Shown: positions 52,001 through 64,000 of the stretch, one piece after another | How the letters are laid out: the number at the start of each line of letters is the position of its first letter | Numbering within the stretch: the stretch's first letter is position 1 | The notes under the pieces: generated by a model | What the model was told of the DNA's origin: nothing | The model's input: only the letters and a program-made list of their open reading frames with translations | Database searches by the model: none | Position numbers and translations under genes: made by a program | Assembly: GCF_963676685.1 (NCBI RefSeq) | Contig: NC_092354.1 | Coordinates: 49,352,001-49,416,000, forward strand | Length of the DNA: 64,000 nucleotides | Direction: 5' to 3' | Origin: Mytilus edulis | Lineage: Eukaryota

Positions 52001-55000
52001 TGTTTTTTTTTTTGTTATCCATTAATCATGTGTTTCCTTTTCTAATACGTTCTCCTATTTATTTGTATTGTAGTCCTGTAATATTATGTTGTCATTTCAA
52101 TGTTATATTTAGCAATATCCATTAAAGTGCGAGGTTTGGCATGCAACAAAACCAGGTTCAATCCACCATTTTTTCCTTTAAAAATGTCCTGTACCAAGTC
52201 AGGAATATGGCCATTGTTATATTATTGTTCGTTTCTATGTGTGTTACATTTTAACGTTGCGTCGTTTCTTTTCTCTTATTTTTGAGTGTAATTTCACATT
52301 GCGATAAGACGTGTCACGGTACTTGTCTATCCCAAATTCATGTATTTGGTTTTGATGTTATATTTGTTATTCTCGTGGGATTTTGTCTGATGCTTGGACC
52401 GTTTCTGTGTTTCTAACATTTTAGTGTTGTGTCGTTGTTCTCCTCTTGTGTTTGATGCGTTTTCCTCGGTTTTGGTTTGTTGCCCCGATTTTGTTTTTGC
52501 CCATGGATTTATGGACTACTGTTGCCTGTGTTATTCAGCAGTGGGTTTTTATCCTTTGAATTGTTTTATATGTTATCATGTTCTTGTATTGCTTCTATAT
52601 TTATAAATGTACAAGGCACAGTGTGAATTTTACTCATTGTTAAAGGTTGTTTAATGTTCTTTTGTTGTTGTTTCATTTCATTTTGTCTCTGGCAATTGTT
52701 GTCGTATATGAAATCATACCACATCATCCTATTTTAAAGCCAGTTAAAGCCGGTTAACAAACAATCTAGAAACATAGAAAAGGCATTTCAAATGTCTGTA
52801 ATGTTTCAATTCAAATTGTAGTGCACATTTGTCAGACTTTTACATCATTAAACTGACTTTGTAGGATACATGAACTTGTCTAATTTTGATATGATATAAC
52901 ACAATTAAAACAAAATACATGTATAAGAAAATAGACAAACTGCTAATAATGAGTTATTGCTGTTGTTTGTTAGTATACTGGATACCTCAGTTGACTTTGT
53001 GCATCACAACGGATGTTGGTAATTCTAGTGTTAATTTCTCAGTAAAATATAATAAAATTTACAAAATGAACCTATACATTGTATTAGACAGTACTTATAT
53101 GCACACAATGTATACTGGTAATGATGTATATATAAATGACATACTAATTTATGTGGGTATATTATGGAGTCTCCTGCTCATACATTCTTCATTATAGATC
53201 CTTCATATATAGAACGTGTTTGCAATTTCGAACGACTCCTACCTTGAAAATAGCGGGGTAACCATTAATTCTTATCATATTTTTTTATAAAAAGCATAGT
53301 TAAATCTTCATTTTGGCAAAGTTAAAAAAATCTATATATATTTTTCTACCCCTGAACTACCTTAATACATACAGATCCTACTGCTGAAAAGCTACATCAT
53401 AATAACTACATTGTAGTCAACTATAAGATATTTATTTTGTTTGCATATATGACATGCATGATACTATATTCTTATTTTGGTTATAGATATGTCCTGTCCA
53501 TCTCGTGCAACTAAAGAAGTGTGTGCTGAAGAGGGATCATCGGCACTTCTTACTTTTATAATCGAGGACTTCATTTATTATAATCCAATCGAAGTTGCGC
53601 TCCGACCATTAAGCAATTATACACTGCATGTAGACTTTTACATTTACAATATTACCCATGAAGACGGAGGGTCTTATAGATGTCCCTATATTTACGATTC
53701 TATCTGGCTGCACGTATCAAGTAAGTAGTTTCTAAAGTATATGTCATAAAAATACATGTAGTATCGATTATACAAATATACAGTATTGTTTAACACTAGT
53801 CTTCAGTCGCGTTTGACATGGATAAAATATCTGAGTACACTTAATGGATCACGAAGCATTGATAACGGTACAAAGATAAATGATTTTTTTTTCTCTATTA
53901 AACAGGGGTAAAACTGACGATGTGAGAAAAATAGAAAAGTCACTGTTCTTATAAAAAAAAACTTTCGCAAAGCAATTGTACGAATAGTTTGTTAAACTGA
54001 ATTTAAAAATTATAATCTTTGCAGTCATGAGTATACAACATATACAGATCTCTATTTATAGAAGTATCAAACTAAGTGCATAATCAATTACAATAGGTAT
54101 ATCTATCATTAGCAGATTAGATTTTGATCACACTGGACTGCTACTGTCACTTGGTTGTTAAATTTAGAAATATAGTATTTTGCCTGTTTTAACAATTATA
54201 ACTTAGCGTCTTCACTGAATCTGAACCAACAGTGTAAAGATCAATTGTTCAGTGCTCATATGGACGGATATATCTTGACAACATGTTTTCCACTGTATAA
54301 GTAATATTTCAGTAGAAACAGCATTATATTTTCTACATATACATGTATGTAATCAGTGTTATTCAGGACAGTTGTCAATTTGTAGAGTGATACAATTTCA
54401 GACAGGATATTGTGTTGACTCGTCGTAGTCAAATAATATATCACCAAACTTGTATTTTTTCATCGACACAAAAATTGCTTTAAATTTTAGAATGCTTTTG
54501 TTCTCTCAAAACCAGTAGAATAGAGCACATCTGTAATATCTAATAGTGTTTTTATACATGTACATGTAACCTGGTTGTACTTAAATCAGGTGTAGTTTTT
54601 TTTCTTCAGATTGATCATTTTTCAACTGGAACACATATAATCCATACACATCACATTTATCAAAATCTTGTCTTAATCCAAATCCGATGTCTTCCCCAAC
54701 CAACAAGTGACGCCTAACTGTACTTCACGCTCCTTATGAGTGATTTTAAGCATGAGGATTTTTGGCTTAACACAATAGTCGTTGCCTTATTAATCTAATT
54801 AGGTACAAGAACTATCATACAAGTTTGAGAATAAGCATAGTTAATATATAATATATAAACAACATAAACATTCATGTAATAAGGAGGTGATAAACACAAC
54901 ATTATAATAACAAGAACATAAACATAGTGTAAGGTAAATAGTAGAAACAACTTAACATAGTAAGTACATTAGTGGAGTGACCAAGCCAACATTTTTTTAA

Positions 55001-58000
55001 CTTTAATGGACCACCCTACCTGCAGGCTAAATTATGACTTTTTGGAAAGAGAAATGTTTATTCTTTAATTTTTGCCTGGTCGTAGAATTGAAATATGGTG
55101 ATTTTTTTTTAAATAAAGTCAAAGGTTAGTGATTGGGTTTTCACTATTGTCAATTTATTTCACAAGAGGTTATAAAAAGTCTCCGAATAATATTTGAATT
55201 GTTATTAAACAATAAATGCATAATGAAATAAACTATGACACTTCGTTTTCAACTTAATTTCAAAATAATGAAATCACCAAATGCACATTTTAAAGGGAAT
55301 TCAGACTAGCAACAATAAGAAAATAGATGGAACCACCGACTCTCAATTCATTTTTTTTTACATCGCATGTACTTCTAAAGATATATTTCTAAATTTGACG
55401 GCTTTTATAAAAAGAATCGAAGTCAATTAGGCTTTTGCTTTGATGTATATTTATTGCCAGTCACAAATATTTCACAAGGAAATTAACTCAAATGAGTTTA
55501 ATGCTGGACTTAAGTTTCAGCGTATATTCTAGCTCTATGAACCTTTTAGGTTTTATGTGCCTTTGCCTTACAAAAGCGCACACGGACCCCTTAGATGAGT
55601 GGTTTTATGGGCTATTTTAACAAACAAAGGGCATATCAACTTTCGGAAACTTGACATCAGTCATCGTTTTCATTGTCGTCTTCTTTCTATATTGCTCGAT
55701 GGGTTAAATAATATCTACAACAATCAAACCGTTCACATGAACAAATATTGGTATACGCGGATTGCTGTTGGTTGCATTCACAGTTGTTGTTGCAAGCTGT
55801 TTTCCCTTTTCCGTAAACGTACAAACAAGGTCTTTAAAGAAATCTACTGACATAGGTCCCTCAAAGAAAACCAAGTGCAAACTGTTTTTACCCTCTTACC
55901 AACTAGTCTTTGGAAAGTATGATCACTGGTTTAGCAATATGAGAGTTAATTCAAACTTGCGTTAGAAGCATTGCACGTTGGATGTGATGTAAAAACGTGT
56001 TTTCACATACATAGGGGAATTTTCACAAGACTGACATCCTTTGTGGCGGCAAACTCCAACCTTAGCTTGTTTAGATTACCATGAAAATACCTTTCCCTTC
56101 GTCATACAATGAGGCGATACATGCACTTCCAATGTTAACGGCGATTCCTGATCTCCCGTTTGAAAACTTATCGGAAGAGGGTATCACCAGCCCAGTATTC
56201 AGCACTTCGGTGTTGACATTAATATCAATCATATGGTCATTTGTATAGTTTACCATTTGCAAAAGTATTATTTTTTGGACATGCTAAATATTTTGTTTAT
56301 CCCAGACATAGACTACTTAAGCCGTATTTTGAAATTGTTGTCCTCAATGCTCTTCAACTTTATACTTGTTTGGCTTTCTGAATAGTTTGATCTGAGCGTC
56401 ACTGACGAGTCTTATGTAGACGAACTGCGCGTCTGGCGTAATAATTATAAGCCTGGTACCTTTGATAAATATTGTCATAATTTGGTAGATTGAAAGAAGA
56501 GCAAATTTCCTCTTCAAGGAGGTGAATTTGTATCAGATTTAGAACATGTCCACATGGTACCATTAGCATGGAACAGAGATAAAGGTATGGGACTCATAGG
56601 ATATACCAATATCCTGACTTCAGTCACATTCTCACGATCATTAGCAAAACTAAAGCACGACGAACTAATTTTACTAGGTTTATATATGCCTTAACAAAGT
56701 CACCTGATTCACACCTGAGTTTTGAGGTCTTTATCGTATCATGGAAAGTATTGAGAGGAGACCACACGACATAGGACTGTAGAATTCACGTGTTTCATAC
56801 TCATTAGAGCAGCCTTCCACAGAAGATTTAACCATCTGAACGCCACGTTCAAGAGATTTAAGAAAAGAATCCTGAACATTTATTGAGGCTTTCACTTCTG
56901 TAGAAATATTTATCAATGGCTAAGGATGATCGGCAACGTTAAATGGATCGGTCATATTTTAATGCAGATACCCTATCAAATCAGAGACATTCTTCTTGTC
57001 TCGTGTCATTGCCGTCGGCTTGTTTTCTTCGTGTTCAATTTCTGTACTGTGGTTAATCCCGATCTTGATCTCATACCAGAACTAAAATGCGCAGGATGTG
57101 TCTTATACGCATCCATCGAAGACCAGCGTTTTTTTCCTTGCAAATCCTATGATGCCTCTACAATCTCTAGAATTAGAATCTTTAAAAATAGTTTACCTGT
57201 AGCCATATCACTCAGATACTTAGGCTCCATTGTTTATGTTTGATTGAAAACTCACCCGACATAAAGACAGATTTTACCGTTTCAGACAGATTCATCATAT
57301 CCAATGTGTAGGCTGGTGTCCACCTAGCATAGCTCGTACGATTGGTAAAGAAAAAGCATTGCAATATTGCAGCTAGCATTTGCAAATGTGAAAGCCACAA
57401 CCCATTCCGTTCAGCCCTAATATTCTGTAACAATATCTCAACTGTACGAAGAAACATATCTCAAAATGCGAAGTTTGGTGATCGATTACAAGAGTGTATT
57501 CTGAATTTTTCAAACAGTGGCAACACATGTTTTTTTTTTTTTAAATTTCTTCAGCTTCACCTTTCAGCAAATGAACTGTGACAGTCAAAAAACGCCTTCC
57601 ATACAGTTGGTTCAAATAAACGATTTTCGTCTTAACACCAATTGAAAAATGCTTTTAAATTAAACAAAAGAGCCATGCGAGCTAGCCTCATATACCAAAA
57701 TTATCCTCGAACACGTCTGGCATAGACCAATTTACATTTTGGCAACAGCATAAAATTAATTGTCAAATGTTTTCTCAGCATATTGTTGACCAGCACGTTT
57801 TGACATATCTGAACATTGTTTCAAAATTGTAAATACTATTACCATGTCGCTAGGCTTGGCATCTATAACCCGGAGCAAAGGCTACAGATGAAATTTTCAG
57901 ATTTAGCCCTTTACAAAAACTGGTCAAAAATGGAATAATTTGTTCAGTTCTTTCTGTCGCAAATGAATCGAATCTAAGTTTTGTGTCGAAAGAAGGCGCA

Positions 58001-61000
58001 AAATTACCAAAGACAGGACAGATATATCTCGGTTTTCCATGAAACAAGACACAATCTTCCCATAAACATTAGAATAACGAGGAGGTCCATACCGTTCTGT
58101 TAGCAAAAGGTAAACATGCCATAAGATTGGTATTCGAATCATTCAACGTCAAAGACCTTTCTAGTCCCCGTTCAACCGGTATGGAACTCATGTGGTCATT
58201 CGATGATTCGTTTTGGAACTGAAATACAACTCTACCATGGAGTGAAATGTATTTTTACCATCGATTGTTTCAGCATTTAAGTCAATATTTTCTGCTCCCT
58301 CCTCTATAATCCGACCGCCTTTTCTAAATAGATCAATACATGCATTAGGTCATAGGACATGTCTTGGATTCTGTCTATTTCCAAATTTGCTAAACTAGTC
58401 CGATATCTACGTACTTATACGAAGAATAGGATGCACAAAAACCATGAAAGCTGGGATTTTCAAGTTAATTTATAAGAAATACTGACTTGGAATGGCTTTT
58501 ATACTTTACAATAGGAAGTTCAAAACATTTTTATTCGGAAAATCATGAAATTATCAATGTAATCTAAATTTACAAATGTTGTAACCACTTCGTTAAAATA
58601 ATACAGAGTGTGCTTTCGCTAAACTGAGTGAAAATGGACAAGATTTAGAAAAATAAATAAGTTATTTTAGTTTTACATTATGAATTAACAATTAAACTCT
58701 GTATATTATGCAAAATCATATGTCAAAAGACAAAAAAAAAGTTAAAAAAAATATTTTTTTTCCTATCTTAAAATTTGAAAAATAAATCCAAGTGTGTTTT
58801 TTCTTTCCATTTTATAAAAAAAAAATGCACCGCATGAAATGTCTACGACCGGACAAAAATGTAAGCTTAGGATATTGGCTTTGCAAAAAAATCTTGTTCA
58901 GCCTGCAGGTATACCGGTCCATTTAGATCGTCAAATAAGCACCTTTCTCTTGAGCTGTTACTCCACTACATGGTATAAACACAATACACATAGTACGTAG
59001 ATGGTATAAACAACACAAAAACAGACGAACATCATAAATATAGTAAGTATATTTTAAAAACACCATACAAATACTAAGTAGATGGTATGAACAACATAAT
59101 AATAGTAAGTTGATGGTATAAGTAGATGTGAGCACAAGATATGCAAGGACAACAAACGCATAGTAAATTTTTAGGACATCATACGCATGGTAAATATATG
59201 TGAGGGAATATAAACATAGTAAGAAGTTTGTCAGGATAACACTATCATGGTAGCAGATTTCAAGACAATATAGACACAGAAGGTAGATAAGTAGGAAACA
59301 TTCACACAGTAAGCTGATGTTAAGACAGTACTAGCGAATTAAGTAGATGTAAGGTCAACCTTTACACAGAAAATAAATGTATAGACAGCATAAAGAAAAT
59401 TATTTATAGGATTCGAGAACAATATTAGCATTATGTGTGAATGTGGGGAAAACTTTAACACATTGATTTAAGTGTAGTCGAGCTGAAAAGCAGTATGACA
59501 CGATTTTGAAATTCCTTACATCAAAATTCACCTCTACGATGTATACAATAATGTGGCGTAGTTGAATTGTCTTTTTATCAATCATAATGTGAAACAAGAA
59601 ATTCACTGATATAAATGTATGCGTGTTGTCACTGGACGTAAATAAACGTTATTGTGTATTTTTGTATTGGCTTTACTTGGAAATATTGCAAAATACAAAA
59701 TCATTAAGCATTGATTCGATGTAAGGATAGGACCACATAACTAATATACGCTGGCGTGAGGGAAACACACACATAACAAGTAGAGGTTAAGGCAGCATTA
59801 ACATTGCCACCGATTTTAAAACACCAACAACACTGTGAGTAAATATATGTAAGGAAGACATGTAAGAAGAGGTAAGGAAAACCTAAACTTAGTAATCACA
59901 AACATGTACAGTAGTTGTTAGAACAATAACACTAGTATATTGATTGATTTAAAAACAGCATGAATAGAGAAAGTTAATGTGAGGACAAAACAGCCATAGT
60001 AAGTAGATAAAATAACAATATAAGCATCTTATATTGATTTAAGGACAACCTAAGCATAGTAGATAGATAACATAAGCATAATAAGTTGATGTAAGGACAG
60101 AATACGCATAGTTAGTTCATTTAAGGACAAGTTAAGCATATCAGGTAGATTTAAGGACACATAAGTATAGTAAGTAGATTTATTGACACCATATACATAG
60201 TAGGTTGCAGTAAGGACAACATGAGCATAGCAAGAAGGACAACATACTAAGTTAGTAAGTAGATGTTAAGACAACACGTGAATAGTAAACATATTTTAAT
60301 TTAAAAAAAAACATAGAAACTACAAGTAGCCTGTACAACGCTAGTATATTAACGGGATGTTTGGAAAATATGTACATAGTCAGTAGATGTGAGGACATCA
60401 TTGACAAAGTTAACATAGTTAGTTAATATGAGCCATATGAGAACATCATTTACAGTAAGTAAATGTAATTCCAATATGAACCTAGTAGGAAAATATGAGA
60501 AAACAATCATTACCAAAGTTAGTAAATGAATTGAAGACGAAACATTAAAGTTAGGTTAGATGTTTGGACAACGGAAACATAGTAAGTTAGTGTAGGACAA
60601 CGTAAACATAGTACGAACGTGTATGGACAAAAAGATAATAGTCGTAGATATTCGAACAACTGACATGTACTATTTAGATGTAAGGATAATGTCAGACACT
60701 CCTGTTGGAGTTTTATTCCCCTCAGCGTATCACCAGCCCAGCACTTCTTTGTTGACATGAGTAATCATTGAAATGGGCATAGTTATGAATTCTATCTTTA
60801 TAAAACTTTTTAATTTTGAAAATCAAGGCTTTTCTACCTCATGGATTATATATATTATAATATAATATTAACGTCGCTGTATTTGGCAAAACTGTCAAAA
60901 ATATTTGGTCTTCGATGCTCTTCAACTTCGTATTTTATTTGGTCTAAACTTTTTTTTATTTGAGGGTCACTTATGAGTATCATGTAGACAAAAGGCGAGC

Positions 61001-63061
61001 CGGGGTAAATACTAAATGTTAATCCATGATTAGTTTATACAGCTTATGAAACAAAAATAATGTCAACATAAATGTAAAATAAAAACAGATGTGTGCAGTC
61101 CTAATCTGTACAGCAAGTTAACTTGATAACTAGTCCTTTGGACTGGTCAAAGTTAACCTGTTACCGGATTTTGGACTGCTATTACCAGTCCTAGGACCAA
61201 AATCTAGTTAACTTGAAAAGCGGACTTAGACCTACATTTTTGTAGGACTGTTTATATGCCTGCCAAAAAATTAACTTTGGCTTTGACAAATCTGATCGAA
61301 ACCAGACCTGTTCCCAAGTTAACTTATGACTGGTCTGCTCAACACTTAGTTAACTTGTAATAAAAACCGCTATATATCGATTAAAAAAAATAATATCTTG
61401 TTTCTTACTATAAATATCAAAAATAAAGTAGAATTAATACTTCCGTTATATAAACAGGATTAAATACAAATATTTAAACATACAGTACGCATAAAACGTT
61501 GCTTGTCACACAAATTTAGCTGTGATCTAAAAAAAACGATCTTGGTGACAACGATAACGGGCACTGAATATATATTCCAATACCTATCAAATTCAACCAT
61601 ATTTGCACATTATTGTGTTTATCTATGCAAGGCCGTATATTAGATGTTAGTTATAATTCCTTGATCTTTGTAGATACAATCAGCAATATTTTGATTTCAG
61701 GATAGAATTTAAAATAAAAAATAAAAGTATCATTAAAACGCATAAAGTCTGCACAAAATAAGAGTCCCAGCATGTCCTCCTTTTGTTCAATATATTGATA
61801 CGTAACAAAATTTCATTAGTTTTGATACCTTATGCTGACTTGTACAACACAATTATTTAACCGCTGCAACCAAAATTGACCATATGTGCACTTTATATGT
61901 AAACCTATATACCAGTATAGCAAATCAGCCATATTTTTATATCAGGATTCAATGTATAACACAATGGACAGCAATATTGAAATACAATAACAACAAATTT
62001 TTGTTTGCATAAATTTAGGGTAACAGCATGTCCTCCTTTCATTCAAAATATTGATATGTACAAATTTTCAGTAGTTTTGATACCTCATGCTGACAAAACT
62101 ATTTGACTGCATCGACCAAAACTGACCATATGTGCACTTTAATTTGTAATCTATATACCCGCATAGTACATCAGCCCTAATTTTTATGTCAGGAATAATA
62201 CAATAGACAGCAATATTGCAATAAAATAAAAACAAATTTTTGTTCACATAAATTTAGAGTGCCGGAATGTCTTCCTTTTATTCAAAATATTGATACCTAA
62301 ACAAAATTTAAGTAGTTTTAATACCTCACGCTGACTTGTACAACAAAATTATTTGACCGCATCAACAAAAACTGACAATATGTGCACTTTAATTTGTAAC
62401 CCTATATACCAGCATAGTAAATAAGACATTTGTTGTATGACAGGACTCAATGCATAATACAATAGACAGCAATTCTGCTATACAATAATAACAAATTTGT
62501 GTTTGCATACATTTAGGGTGCCTGAATGTCCTCCTTTTATTCAAAATATTGATATGTAAGTTTTGATACTGTCGACTTGTACAACAAAATTATTATTACG
62601 CAATAAACATCATGAACATAGGAAGAATATATGAGGACATAATAGCCAAATTGAGTACAACTACTTCTAATTGGATATTATACAATAATATATACATAGA
62701 AATTACTGCTATGTTTGATATCTTAGGACAACATAAAGACAGTAAATAGAATATGTAGAAGTATATTTAGGATATTCTATTGTTTTTTTTTTATTTACAG
62801 AACTATGGTTCATTAATCAAACCGATCTGAAAACAATAGTAGGACAAGAAGGTGAAACATTAGACATCATTTGTTCCTCTGACCCTGACCAGTACATAAC
62901 TGAGTTAAAGTTAGAATCAAATGGAACAGTTAAAGTAATTGGGGATAATCATACTGTGAGATTTTCGTTTATACCTGACAGAACAGACCATCTGACAAAA
63001 TTTCAATGTGTGGACAGTAACCACTCGTCGATCATGGTTGAAGTGGAATTAACTATAAAAC
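49061..63061 (+). CDS. Gene B: paralogous Ig-superfamily receptor, 5' portion (continues past the window)
   Basis: ATG|gtaagc 49061-49063, signal exon 50089-50128, D1 51200-51475, D2 53487-53720, D3 62801-63061. All are GT-AG, phase-compatible and stop-free. Confidence 0.82.
50089..50128 (+). CDS. Gene B signal-peptide exon (VLEKLCLMWFFLQ)
   Basis: cattttag|GTATTG...TTACAAG|gtaagg; phase 0 to 1, joins ATG exon to D1 in frame. Confidence 0.6.
50350..50720 (+). mobile_element. Highly decayed Penelope-like RT remnant
   Basis: IGNNSASLLADMF (cf. MGTNCAPLLADLF) and SDVPTPPSFGVYIFQVLRYSR (cf. 37894 ORF). Confidence 0.55.
51200..51475 (+). CDS. Gene B Ig-like domain 1 exon (no Cys)
   Basis: tttcag|...|gtatgt, 276 nt: DKSIFTDARSIYTVVGSTLNLTF...IQIKNVTTNNTGLYKI...LQLSIT. 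Confidence 0.85.
51820..52000 (+). repeat. Retrozyme-family fragment with dead hammerhead
   Basis: GCGTCA CTGGTGA...GGAC GAGG CGCG...TGGCGT at 51939-51982. Confidence 0.55.
53487..53720 (+). CDS. Gene B Ig-like domain 2 exon
   Basis: ttatag|...|gtaagt, 234 nt: DMSCPSRATKEVCAEEGSSALLTF...IYNITHEDGGSYRCPYIYDSIWLHVS. Confidence 0.85.
55005..58923 (-). mobile_element. Decayed TIR DNA transposon with transposase-like remnants (Academ-like, tentative)
   Basis: ~110-bp imperfect TIRs (AATGGACC..TACCTGCAGGCT...GGTCGTAGA at 55005-55125; reverse complement at 58800-58923). Minus-strand fragment LLQNIRAERNGLWLSHL...FFFTNRTSYARWTPAYTLDMMNL at 57212-57457. Confidence 0.6.
56177..56470 (+). repeat. Retrozyme-family copy nested in the TIR element; hammerhead with near-core substitutions
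   Basis: GGGTATCACCAGCCCAGTA...CACTTCGG head shared with the 350-bp unit; GCGTCA CTGACGA GTCT-tatgt-AGAC GAAC TGCGCG TC TGGCGT at 56396-56439. Confidence 0.7.
58970..60690 (+). repeat. Degenerate 30-bp minisatellite in the gene B intron before D3
   Basis: 30-bp period visible at 60091-60180 (gtaaggacag.../ttaaggacaa.../ttaaggacac...). Confidence 0.8.
60700..61030 (+). repeat. Degenerate retrozyme-family copy
   Basis: GTATCACCAGCCCAGCACTTC head; decayed hammerhead gggtca cttatga gtat..agac aaaa near 60964-61005. Confidence 0.55.
61590..62600 (+). repeat. Diverged tandem repeat, ~240-260-bp unit, ~4 copies
   Basis: ATGTCCTCCTTTT..TTCAAAATATTGATA recurs at ~61772, 62028, 62267 and 62527. Confidence 0.8.
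62801..63061 (+). CDS. Gene B Ig-like domain 3 exon
   Basis: ttacag|...|gtaagt, 261 nt: KLWFINQTDLKTIVGQEGETLDIICSSD...DRTDHLTKFQCVDSNHSSIMVEVELTIK; 69/87 identical to gene A D3. Confidence 0.92.
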
Positions 63062-64000
63062 GTAAGTGTGTAAGAGCATGATTAGATAATAACACTTAGT
63101 GATCTGACAACAATGTTAAGGAATATTGTAAGTGATAAATTTATCACCAGTGCTTATCTATTCGAAAAAAAACTAACTGAGCATAAATGATAGTATGGAC
63201 GTGTTGCAATGGTATTAGACGTATTAAACAACTAAACGTTTTTATGGCACCTCTTTTTTATTATAACGGATTGATTTTTTTTCAGAAATGTAAAATTAGG
63301 TTTATTCAGCCAGACGTCATTTACGTTTCATTTAGATTTTGATTCCTCAACATTGTACGGATCTGCAATCTTAACAATTTGCAAAATAACAATACTGATC
63401 GTTCTACTCTTCCCCTTATTCGTCTTTTACTCAATCACGTCGATCGAAGAATAAGTGGTATACGTCGTTTCTTAAATGAAACTTTTTCTACCTTAATTGA
63501 AAACGTGAAAACACATACCATACTCTTTGTGTTTCATAGTGTGGTGTATCTAAATATCAATCATGTTTGCACTTTAAGGAATTCATTAGCAGTTGCTTTC
63601 TCTGTACACATATTAAGCTGGTCTAAAATAATATGAGGTAGAACAACTAAAATTGATTCTGAAAAAGTATGTACACTCTCATTGGTTAACTGATACGATA
63701 TAACATTATTTGTAAACTTGAATATCAGATGACCTACTCGGAAATTAAATATAAAAAACGGCAAAACATTTCAATAGAGAATTTCGTCACAGACACATTT
63801 GATCGTTCGACCTGTTCTCAATGATAACCGCAATAGTTGTGTGGTCAATATCAGACATTTCAGCTGTCCAGGAAATGGTAGTCATTTTTTATATGTGTTT
63901 TATCCCGTTAAAAACTTGTAATCGTCTCTGTTTTATATGAGTCCTCTTTAATGATTAACCTATAACGCAAGACCATTGTGTGTGCTTAAACAATTGATAA

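Noticed and set aside
910-63764. Remaining 60-110 aa ORFs in the track
   Set aside because: Many use non-ATG starts, have AT-biased F/I/L/Y/K composition, and lack splice or domain support; consistent with random ORFs in non-coding DNA.

Overview
AT-rich, repeat-dense animal genomic DNA, most likely a mytilid mussel (inferred from the 350-nt hammerhead repeats and Penelope remnants, not proven). The backbone is a tandem pair of + strand paralogous immunoglobulin-superfamily receptor genes built one exon per domain. Gene A (~14760-35670) has five Ig-like exons, a TM segment and a long tyrosine-motif tail. It is broken by two frameshifts and by a 7.75-kb Ty3/Gypsy LTR element (27209-34956, ACAG target-site duplication) sitting in its last exon. 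That element encodes gag, a decayed pol and an intact 687-aa F-type envelope protein with spliced-env signals, so it is an endogenous-retrovirus-like element. Gene B (44452 or 49061 to beyond the window end) looks intact. Its distal domains are far more diverged from gene A (~30-40% identity) than its third domain (~79%). The rest is mobile DNA: an ~11.5-kb CACTA-ended element with a 3-bp TSD, three families of hammerhead-ribozyme (retrozyme-type) repeats including a 3x350-bp array, Penelope-like RT fragments, a tRNA-derived tandem/inverted repeat, TTA-TSD MITEs, a decayed TIR transposon and minisatellites. All alignments and identities were done by eye.
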